Positions 53,949 to 64,000 of a stretch of 64,000 nucleotides of DNA are shown in pieces. Position 1 is the stretch's first letter. Each line of letters starts with the position of its first letter. The translations under genes and the position numbers were made by a program. Location: contig NC_134026.1 in NCBI RefSeq assembly GCF_964204645.1, positions 519,950 through 583,949 of the forward strand, written 5' to 3'. Source of the DNA: Tubulanus polymorphus (Eukaryota > Animalia > Nemertea). Under the pieces are notes generated by a model. That model saw only the letters and a program-made list of their open reading frames with translations. It was not told where the DNA came from and made no database searches.

Positions 53949-56900
53949 CATGGACGTATAAACTGCATTGTAGATCCAATGCCTTATTTTACAGGTCTCA
54001 TCATGGACGTTCACGTTCATGGTCTCATTGAAAAGGTTTATAAGAGGCATATTAGCAAGTTGTCACTGTTAAAAATTCGTGGATGGGTTCGATGCATTCT
54101 TTACAACATTTCCAAGTGGCAGCAAACCTTATGCAAGGGAATATTATAAGATTCCATATACGACAGTAACAAGTAAAACATATGAGGGTCTTGTTCAAGG
54201 GCTACGCGACCCCCTGGATCCGCACCTGGGATATACATCTCCGATCTACACTCACATGAGATTTTATTCGTTAAATTATTGATTTTGTATATTTTTGAAT
54301 TTCCCTCTATCCGTATGCTTGCCTGCATGTTCGATTTAGCATCACGATATGCTTTACGATGATATGTTTTTTAAATGGATTTTGTTATTATTTTATATAT
54401 AGATGATAATATTTTTGCAGCTTTGTTTAGCTGAAGTGTTATATTTTACTTTTGTCTCAGAGGAAATCATTGTAACAGAACATCGATGTATTTATTAGTG
54501 TTGACTAAACACACAGTAGTGACTTTCTGTATGTCACACATACTCATATTGATAGTTCTCACTTACAGATTAATTTCACCAAATCCCGATATATATTTTG
54601 GGTGCCTTCTTTCGTCTAGTGTGTATAAAAAAAAATGCCCAAGGACACGCCCTGCATTGTGATATTTTAGATCTGCAAAACCCTACAGTTTTAGCTACAT
54701 AGCTGCGCTTACTGTACGCGCAGGGAGAGGTAAAATACACCTGCTCGTGTATAATATTCACACAATAGCATTTTGTCAGCTCGCACACAAAAATATCGAT
54801 GTTATGCCACGCTTCATGAAAAAATATTGTTCTGGTATTAAAATCACTGCTGATATTGCGCTTTATATATCTTTCATTTTGTATTGAAATAATGAAATAT
54901 TTCCTTCCAACGAAATTCATTATTACATCGAAAACAAAATGCATACAGAATCTCCAAATCAATTTCATCAACATATTGGATGTTTTTCATGTATTTTTGT
55001 ACGACACCGATCAATTGCGATCGATTAATGTTTCCTAACCGGGTATAATCAATAATGATCATCGAGAAAAGTATTACTGAAAGTTTTTTTTTTAAATGAA
55101 TATTTTATTCGCACGTTGATGGAGACCATTTCAAAGGTTTCACTTTTATGACTGGTATTACTTCAGTGTTCCATCCTGTATATATAACCGTCCAAATGAA
55201 TAAAATGTTATCCATGTTGTCATATAACTGAAATGTTTTGATTCTTATTGTTTTCTTTATTAAAGTTTGTTTAGGATTTGTTTGATTCTACTTGTATCAT
55301 TACTAACGCTACAAGGATCATCACGAGCCATGATACAAACACAGCCCCTTTACACTAGAATTCAGCCCTGGTCCAGTTTGCAGAGTTCTTGGTTAAAAAA
55401 AAGACATACATTTTGGAAATAAACTGTTATTCCAACTCTAATCGTACGTTCACAACTTAGATAACTGGATTTAAACTACATTCTCGAATCATCGTTCCGT
55501 GATGGACGAAGTCTAGATATCCGTGTAATCATTTTTCCGTTAAAAGTTGAATTTATTTTCAGAAACAAAAGGTTTGTGCATTTATTTCATTCATTCAGTT
55601 TTGATGTTAATTTATCTGTAACACGATACAGTTGAACCTTCTTGATTCGTTTAAGATAAAACCTGTTTATTACGATGATTTCCAGCATGTCCCAGTTAAC
55701 ATATTCATATCAATCAAGATTTGGATAATACGAAACCCGTTAAATACTCGACAATTTCACGTTTCACTTTTGTCCACAAGATTCGTATCAACGATGATCC
55801 ACTATAGTAAGTACCATGCAACTCCATACACTTCACTTTATTAGTATGAAGTTTGAATTTTCAGCATTGAAAACCCTACTTTTTACCGGTACTTGTAATG
55901 GTAATATTGCAGTTATAAACTTAACTAATTGCCTCTTGTAGCGCTCTTTCTATATCAGAACACAAGCCGATATCGGTAAGATTATCATAATTAGAAATCC
56001 TAAGAATTTAGCTGAGTTAGTGTTAGGATACCGCACGACGGCTCGATTATTCATTTGGTGAAATATGATTCTTATTGTGGAACTTATTCTCTTATTCCAA
56101 GCCAAGATAAATCGGATAGAATAACCCGAGAATCATTTCTATTCAACAATAAGCGGACGATTGAACAATTTAGAAAAAATTTCTTTTCATCATGGGAAAG
56201 CGCGCACATCAGATCTCGACCGCCAAGTGCTGCCCCTATGAATAACAATAGCGTTGAAATTGTGAACTAACGCAATACTCGCGTGCCAGAGTTAGTCAAA
56301 TTACTCTGGCATGTGAATATTAAGTTAGTTCACATTTTTACCGCTACTGTTATATATAGGGGCAGCACTTCACGGTCGAGATTCGAGTACTGGTCAGATA
56401 CCCTCGCGTTTCCGACTGTAACATACAATGTAGAACCCTTACTTTCTAGCCCGAAAAGCAATAGTAAAAGAGAAATATGAATTAATGTTAAATGTTTTTA
56501 TTTGATTTTATCTTGATTTTCATAAAATAGCTGTATTTCCGACACACATTCATTATGCAACACAAAATAATAATTCTCCGATCTTTTCTAATATTCACAT
56601 TATGAACTTTCATAACATTTTCCAGTTAATGAATTTACAAATTATTTCAATAAACAGATTTCATACAGACATACATCAAATACAGCCCCGCATCAAAATA
56701 TCGATCATCCCAAATATTGAAGTTTATTAGATCAATTGACGAATTTTTCCTTGCAATGTAAAATATAGAATTACTGATTGAGAACACTCCCAGATAGTTC
56801 AATCTGACTATTTCAGGACTGAATTTAGAAAAATACAAATCCATCACCTCATTTTACAAACCTCTCACATAAATAAATAAATATCTCAACTCACTACTTG

Positions 56901-57593
56901 TCATGAAGTATTCAAAATGCCATGATCCGCACAAACCAAAAACAGTTCAAGATTAAATGCCCGAAATGGTAATCATTGCGTACTACAATAGACTCTTCCC
57001 TACTCAGTTTAAAGTTGTATCGTGAATATATCATTGATTTCACTGAGGATCAGGGGAATTGAAAGTTTTTCTAGAAAATGTGAAATTCGAACCAACTTTA
57101 GAGCGGTAGAATCATGGACTCACGACTGATGATGGCTAATAGTCTTTAGCCGAAACATTGCGCAAATATAAACTCTTCTATTCAAGTTTCTCGCGTTAAT
57201 GGACTCTTTTGTTTTGGAGTCCATGATGGAATCTACTGTACTAAACTTAATGCGCACAAAGCTGAATAGATATCAACATTTGCTTGTTTTGATTTAGCTC
57301 TATCAGAGTTTCCAAAGATTTATCAGTGGTAATTTCTAATGTAAAGATGTTTTTAAGAGTGACATTATTCATACACGTACAAGTATCATTATTATCTACG
57401 ATGATTACATATTACATTTATCCCGTTATCGATGAGTATTAGCATCATTTTTACTCTAAAAAGTTAAGTTTCATCTCTCAGGATTCTCATCACGCATGCG
57501 CGCGCAGGACACATACTGCGTTGTCACTACGAGACACAGGTAACCGTTCTAAAGCAGTGTTTTATTTTTCATCCAGACAGAATTTCACTCCTA

Positions 57594-60500
57594 TCACGAT
57601 ATCGTATTCGGTAAAATAAACGTCTTTATCGAACTGACTCTTTGCGGCCGACGACTCAATCCTAGTTTACGTTTTCTAGTTTGATTCAAATTGTCTCTGT
57701 ATAGTTTAAGAGTGAGTTGTAAGCTTTGTACGATTCGTGCTACGACTTGTCCGATCTTTTCCGGCGTCGCCTTTTTGTCGCTTAATACTGTCCAATCTTC
57801 AGCGGAAACTCCACCAGGAACCTGAACAAAACAACATCACATAGTAAATTGTCATTTTTATATGCATACTCCATCTGCTTCTTCAGGTAAAACAGGCTGG
57901 CACCACTTTGAATGAACAAAGTCTACTGTCCTCGACACCAAACTTTCTTTTTTTGGAAGTAACGTGCAAATCTATCATTTGAAAACTTACTTCGAATATT
58001 TTTTCCGGTACGTTAAACTTTCCGCCTGCTGCACCACCAGTCACACGAATAGGTATAACATTGTGATCGCTCCAAATGAACTGTTCAGCTTCGTGAGCCG
58101 CACCGGGACCACCTTCGGAAAAACATCGAAAATCAATTATTACATCACAGCAATATCAAAGACATGACGGATGAACTGATGTATTCTCAATGGTGAAAAT
58201 AACGACGGATGAACTGATGTATTCTCAATGGTGAAAATAACGAATTATCCAATAATTGATGATACCTAAAGTTTTCTATTCTGAAAGTATCGAGACCTCA
58301 TAGGCGTCCCCAGGAATTTTCATAGGGGGTTCTAATTAGCATCAATCCAGTATCCAAGCACAATGTCTGGTGTTTGGTGGGCCTCCCCCAAAAAACTTTT
58401 TGAAAATTGGAGGCTTTAGAGACATTTCCAGGCTCTAAATGAATCATTTAGACGTAAAAGACTAGTTAAATTTGCAAGAAAAATCTTGAACATTGATTAC
58501 ATAGTATCTTGAGAAGTTAGTTATCTCGAAAAGGGGGTGCGTTCGCTACCCCGCACCCCCCTTGGGGACGCCTATGGATATATGTAAATCTCATCTACAG
58601 AGAAACAGTAATGATTACTTTAAATTATTACTGTTTCTCAAATCTCAAAAATGTCAGATTATCAAAAACTTTTGATATCATCAATTGTGGAATCATTCAT
58701 TTTCATAGCACATACCTTCTATTAATATACATATTTCGAATACTCGAGATACAATAGTTTCTCTTTCTCTCACAGAATCACCACTAAATGCTGTACTTCC
58801 GTACGGAACAATCTGAAAGGTTTTATCTCTATTCTGTCTGGCTCTTTCCGTACAATCCTACAACAAATATTCATCTTAACTATGACATATGATAAAACAC
58901 GTGATAGATCACCTGATATGTTACTCATTTACACTCATTGACACTCATTTTACTTAAGTATTTCATAACTACTTTAAACATTCGTAAGTTTCATAGTCCT
59001 GCAATGCAGCAATCGAAAGGTTTATTATATTCCCACCAATCGTCCCAGCTTTTAGCAGTATGAAAACAAGGAGAAACAACAAATATTGCAGATGTGAAGT
59101 AGGTCTGACCTTTTCATCTCTGACCGGTAAAACGTGCCATGTCGCCGGTGTCTTCTTCTCTTTTTGTCGTGCGTCGAAGAAGCTCTGACCGACGACATCT
59201 CCAATTCCGTAAAACCCACCGGTTACTATAGATACGTTATCCAGTTTAGCCAAGTTCTCACCAATAGCTCTACAATCAAACAGTGAATAAAGAATCAGCG
59301 AAAACTGTCAGTTTAAACAATCAAACAGTGAATAAAGAATCAGCGAAAACTGTCAGTTTAAACAATCAAACAGTGAATAAAGAATCAGCGAAAACTGTCA
59401 GTTTAAACAATCAAACAGTGAATAAAGAATCAGCGAAAACTGTCAGTTTAAACAATCAAACAGTGAATATAAAATCAGTGAATACTGTCAGTTTAAACAA
59501 TCAAACAGTGAATAAAGAATCAGCGAAAACTGTCAGTTTAAACAATCAAACAGTGAATATAAAATCAGTGAATACTGTCAGTTTAAACAATCAAACAGTG
59601 AATATAGAATCAGCGAAAACTGTCAGTTTAAATGATTCAGAATCCATACTAACTTGCAAATAGCTTCAGACTGTGGATAATAGAACCTCGTTCCACCAGA
59701 TATATAAATACAACCTTCAGGATTTACAGCTTTCTTTAAAAGAGATACCTACAAATATATGGATAAGGTGCTCATTAGTCAAGTATCTAGAAACCTGTAA
59801 GATTGTTTGGTATTCAGGGGTAAGTTGCACAAAAGTTGGTCAAGTTAAACATTGGATCTATTATTCACTGGTTTAAACTCTTACAAGTCTTGGGTAGTTT
59901 CTTTAACTGACTTTTACGCAACATAGTCAGCTTTTGCCCGAAAATTAAGCATTGAGAATGAAGCTGAGTTTGTTCACATCGCCAGCCAATCATGAACTGT
60001 GTCATTCCTGTGTGGCACTGTTGACAGAACCAGAAGTGCAAGTATATTCGTAGCCGGCAGTGAATGTGTTTTAACATGGATGTTCATAAGTAACTTACAG
60101 CTTTAGTGATTTTAGCTTCATTCACTTCCTCACTGACCATATCTCCACCGGTGGGATCTAACGCTCGAGCCACGCGACATACGAGAGAATCTTCATAACC
60201 CTCATACCGACAATTCTAACAAAAATCACAAACACAATACATTCATTATCTTTATAGCGAAACTTTGTCAGGTTGGCCATTTGTATTTCACTTGCTTTTT
60301 CCCTGACTTGATCTTTCTAAGAATCCTATCAATTAACACAGTAAAATATGTAAGATATAAATGGAAACTGTTTGATTTTAGATGGAATCTAGCAATCTCA
60401 ACAAATTTCCCTGACGATTTTTAGTTCTTTACTAAATTCCCTGATTATTCCCTGAATCTTTTAAAGAAAAGAAATCCTTGACTTTTCACTGATTTCCAGG

Positions 60501-63500
60501 TAAGTGGCCAGCCTGATCTGTTAAAGAAATCAACAATAAATTGTTAAGGATACCTCAAGTGTACTGGTTCCGATTAACATACTCATCCAACCGGGCATAC
60601 AAAACTCTTCATACTTTAAAGGTACAACTCGTTTCCTGTGCTCACAATAGAAAACCTAAAATGACAAACATGTCTTACGATTACGATTTTATTTACACTC
60701 CAACCATTTCCATGGTATATGGAGGAAAACTATTACACATGTATATACAAATATTTACAAAACAACACTGAGTGAAGTGAATAAAATTTAGAGAATGAAA
60801 ACGTAACAAAATATATATACATCAACTATTTACAATACTACCGGTATATATATACTATTGGAGGGATCTATATACATCTAAGCCGGTCTTAATGAATAGC
60901 ATCAGTAAGGTGCTGCTATAATAGTGCGGTGGATAAACCGGTAACTAAACTAAAATTTAATACGTACTTGTTGTTTAGAAGTTTTTGAAGCAGCGAATGC
61001 CCTCGAAAGCACGAACACCACGGCTCCGGCTTCATCAGCTCGTTGTTGGAAAAGTTGTAAACGGTTTTGAGTTCCAATACTGCATGTAGATTCCTGACTT
61101 ATTGGTGACAGGGGAATATCTGTAATTAAACATGGCAGAAATATCAGAATTCTCTGAATTCTCTGACTCTGAGCACAGTTTCAGGATATTCAATAATTAC
61201 CATTGTCATCGCTGAGTTGAGTTTCGCGAGTGTCCTGTGAAAATAACGGCTCCTGACTGTCCATTTCAGTATCAGCATCGAGCATTTCCGTCGAGCACCA
61301 AACATCATAACCTTTCGCTTCAAACAATACCTTCAGTCTTTGACCCTGTAAGAGATAAATATAAACAGGTTTACCTCGGTATCTATTGAAATCGAACTGT
61401 CAAAATTCATTCTAGTTCATATTCGACACATTATGAAATATAAGGCATTGGACTTTCGCTTTGGACTCGACCAATTCCAGAATCCTCTTTGTTTCATATA
61501 GAATACGCTCTACCTGTCTAGGAAAGGCAAAATCTGTAAACCTGATAGAAGCGGCCGGTAGAGAGTTTGTAATCTGTAAACCTGATAGAAGCGGCCGGTA
61601 GAGAGTTTGTAATCTGTAAACCTGATAGAAGTGGCCGGTAGAGAGTTTGTAAATTGTAAAACTGATAGAAGTGGCTGGTAGAAAGTTTGTAATCTGGAAT
61701 CAATATTTCGGAACTGGGATACATTCGATCAAAACCTGCCTTATAAACCTTGGTTCACTTCTGAATTTTAGGTAAAATTATTCGCCACTATTACTTACAA
61801 ATTCTTTCTGTTCTGGGTGTACTGATACGACTACTAGAGGTCTCATCGGTGGCTCCGTATTTGCATAGGCAGGCGAAGATACCCAACTGTAGCGAACATA
61901 CGACGGCTAAAAATAACAATATCATAGAAACATATTTAACGAATTTGTTGTAAACTCACGCGCAGGAAAATCATTAGAATCAGAACGAGAAAATGAATTC
62001 AAATAATGAGAATGAACTAAATATCGCAGCATTAAAATAAGATCCCAATTAAGCTGTTATTATCGGTAAATGTAAAGGATTAGGTTGAAGGACATCGATA
62101 GAATTGATTTTATTCGTGATGGGTTTTCGTTCGACGTGTCGCGTTAAGCACTAAAAACTAATACTAATAATAATAATAAGATTGATGAGAATTAAGATTC
62201 CGTTAAGATAGAGTTTCAAATACATAAAGTCAATACGGTATTGGTATTATAGAAATTATCACACATAAAATTATCACCACGGGAAGAGCAGAATTGATGG
62301 AATAGATTTAAATCTGAAGATCTGGAAGACATTGATGTAGGTTCATGAATCCAGAACAACATTTAAACCGTATTATGATTATGATTAGCAGCTCACTAGC
62401 GTGGGTTTCGAGTATTCAGTTCAGAGCAACTGCAGTTTAAATGATGTTATGGAGATCTAATTTGGTTAAATTCTAAATGACTCATTCCCAGCACTGAAGA
62501 TGCTTATCAATCACCAATTCTGATTTCGCCCCCGGCTGAGAAGAAATCAAAGATTATAAAATTCCGGTATTGTTCGGGGTTTTTTTTTACTCATAGAATG
62601 TTAAAAATCAGTGAATGAAAAATGACCAGCACAACAGGACAGATATTATCTATGGCTACCTTACGAGTATGCGGCGATAATCCATCCTGAAATAGGTATC
62701 ATCAGGAATAAATTACCACACGGCAACATGAAACAATACGGAAGAGAGGAGACGAAGGGCGGTCGAGGAATTACATCAAACGTCAGTCAGAATATCGAGT
62801 AATAATAATAATAATAATATTCAGATGAATGTAAAATACCTGTTTTTTCAAACTTGTATGTTTTTTACCGGCTTTCACGTATTGTTTATAACGTTCAGCT
62901 AATTCTCGTGATACGACTTTATGAGTTTCTTCGTTTGAATTTACATCCTGACTGCAACCGGTGTGATTTTGAGCTGTAAAATGACGAACGATTAGATTCC
63001 GTTCAGTAATGAGACCACAAAATGTCGGCTGTTGACTAACAACCATCAAACTGAAATGCTTCAACTTTTTTAACTTTAAAATTCATGTTTTGCTTTTAAC
63101 CCTTGCAGTGCTGACTTATCAACACCCTATAGTGCTGGAGATAATTTGAAAATTTTGAAAAATTCCACCCTAGTGTGTTGAATTACAGGAGTACCACTAT
63201 AGTGCGTCTACACCGCGGCGCGGTGTATCGTTAGTTACTAATATTTCACTATGTTTGACAGGTGCTGCCATCTTTCAATAGAGATAAAAACTAATTAGTA
63301 CTAGCAAAATCCATCACCGATTCATACACCGCACTGCGGTGTAATCGCACTGAAAGGGTTAATATGAAGAAATTCTGCTAAATCAAATCAAAATTTTCAT
63401 CTCGGATATATATTCTTACAAGATCTCATCAAAGATATTTTACCTTTAATGCTTCTATTTCTCTGGTCGTTCGACCATTTGATAAACTGCGTCGTGGCAA

Positions 63501-64000
63501 ACTGAATAGCAAGACATTTCGGGGGCCAAACATCTCCAAAATTCACCGGTACTATCACTTTATTCAGAACATCGGCTAATTTCACCTGAAATTAAAACCA
63601 GACACAATTTGCAACATTTTATTCTTTATTGCGAATAGATCGACCTAACTATTCTTTTTAGTAACGAAAATCTAAATTTTGACTCAGGCCATTCCAAAAA
63701 CATGATTCCACACTAAATCCTGAATATCAAATTTTCTTTAACAAGATTGAACTCCATTATATACAAATTTTATAAGAAAAAAACCCCAAAATTTATGTAT
63801 TAAATTCATTTTTAAAAGACTCGAGTTTCAGACTCTCTCTAGACCAAAGTCAGGCATGGACAAGTACATAAATCGACAATGATTTTATCATCTATTTTCC
63901 ACGTTAGAGTCTGGCTATGATAATATCAAATGTTCTATTTTCCTACCTCGCGATTGGTCCATTGAGTTTCACCGTAACTCTGAGTCACGAGTGGTACGAA
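57594..64000 (-). CDS. Multi-exon TIR-TIR-SLOG (LOG/SMF-DprA-like) protein; 5' end lies beyond the window
   Basis: Exons >64000-63947, 63585-63444, 62973-62840, an uncertain micro-exon at ~62651-62677, ~61886/61906-61799, 61345-61201, 61119-60968, 60655-60554, 60215-60099, 59748-59654, 59269-59110, 58857-58716, 58112-57991 and 57821-57594. TIR1: FVPLVTQSYGETQWTNRE|VKLADVLNKVIVPVNF...WPP. TIR2: LVVVSVH..KEFGQRLKVLFEAKGYDVW...VVFVLSRAFAASKTSKQQVFY...RVVPL. SLOG: CIYISGGT, IGENLA...IVTGGFYGIGDVV, RERETIV...ICILIEGGPGAAHE...VIPIRVTGGAA. Confidence 0.85.
58299..58576. mobile_element. MITE (cataggcgtcccca TIR)
   Basis: cataggcgtcccca ... tggggacgcctatg perfect 14-bp inverted ends; intronic. Confidence 0.7.
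59273..59632. repeat. 45-bp minisatellite (~8 copies) filling an intron
   Basis: Unit caatcaaacagtgaataaagaatcagcgaaaactgtcagtttaaa; occupies nearly all of intron 59270-59653. Confidence 0.93.
60676..60900 (-). mobile_element. Second, shorter 3' fragment of the LINE family at 31119-31819
   Basis: Shares ttacactccaaccatttc...gtatatggaggaaaa and ggagggat.tatatacatcta...atgaat with 31142-31358; short (taatcg)n-type tail. Confidence 0.7.
61531..61696. repeat. 39-bp tandem repeat (~4 copies)
   Basis: Unit aatctgtaaacctgatagaagcggccggtagagagtttgt. Confidence 0.9.
63100..63358. mobile_element. piggyBac-type MITE with TTAA target-site duplication
   Basis: ttaa|cccttgcagtgc ... gcactgaaaggg|ttaa; internal inverted tacaccgc / gcggtgta motifs. 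Confidence 0.75.

Noticed and set aside
59283-59663. 126-aa (NKESAKTVSLNNQTV)n ORF
   Set aside because: 45-bp intronic minisatellite antisense to the TIR-SLOG gene.
60905-60952. Resemblance of the second LINE fragment's flank (ggtgctgct...gcggtgga...accggtaac) to the 31916-31980 motif, suggesting target-site preference
   Set aside because: Similarity is short and patchy; two instances cannot support a claim.

Overview
AT-rich, intron-rich animal (bilaterian, probably a marine lophotrochozoan; taxon is inferred) genomic DNA. No prokaryotic genes, CRISPR array, rRNA or intact tRNA were seen. Eight spliced protein-coding genes were reconstructed by hand from GT-AG junctions: mitochondrial GrpE (-), UCKL1 (+), RNF146 (-), GPAT1/GPAM-like (+), an atypical clan-2 cytochrome P450 (-), an E93/Mblk-1/LCoR-type pipsqueak transcription factor (-), MORN4 (+) and a 5'-truncated gene at the right edge (-). 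Three gene pairs are head-to-head. The standout is the right-edge gene, which the ORF track shows only as fragments. It encodes a TIR domain retaining the catalytic Glu, a second TIR with Gln at that position, and a C-terminal SLOG (SMF/DprA-LOG) nucleotide-binding domain. This places the signal-making and signal-sensing folds of bacterial Thoeris-type immunity in one spliced animal protein. Other notable items: a P450 lacking the I-helix Thr; a 26.3-32 kb block with an orphan C2H2 zinc-finger gene fragment, a 21-bp satellite and a ~341-bp composite repeat (tRNA-like B-box modules plus a 71-bp-stem hairpin) interrupted by a LINE 3' end; candidate alternative first exons; many MITEs and minisatellites. 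Exon coordinates were read by eye and need RNA-seq confirmation.
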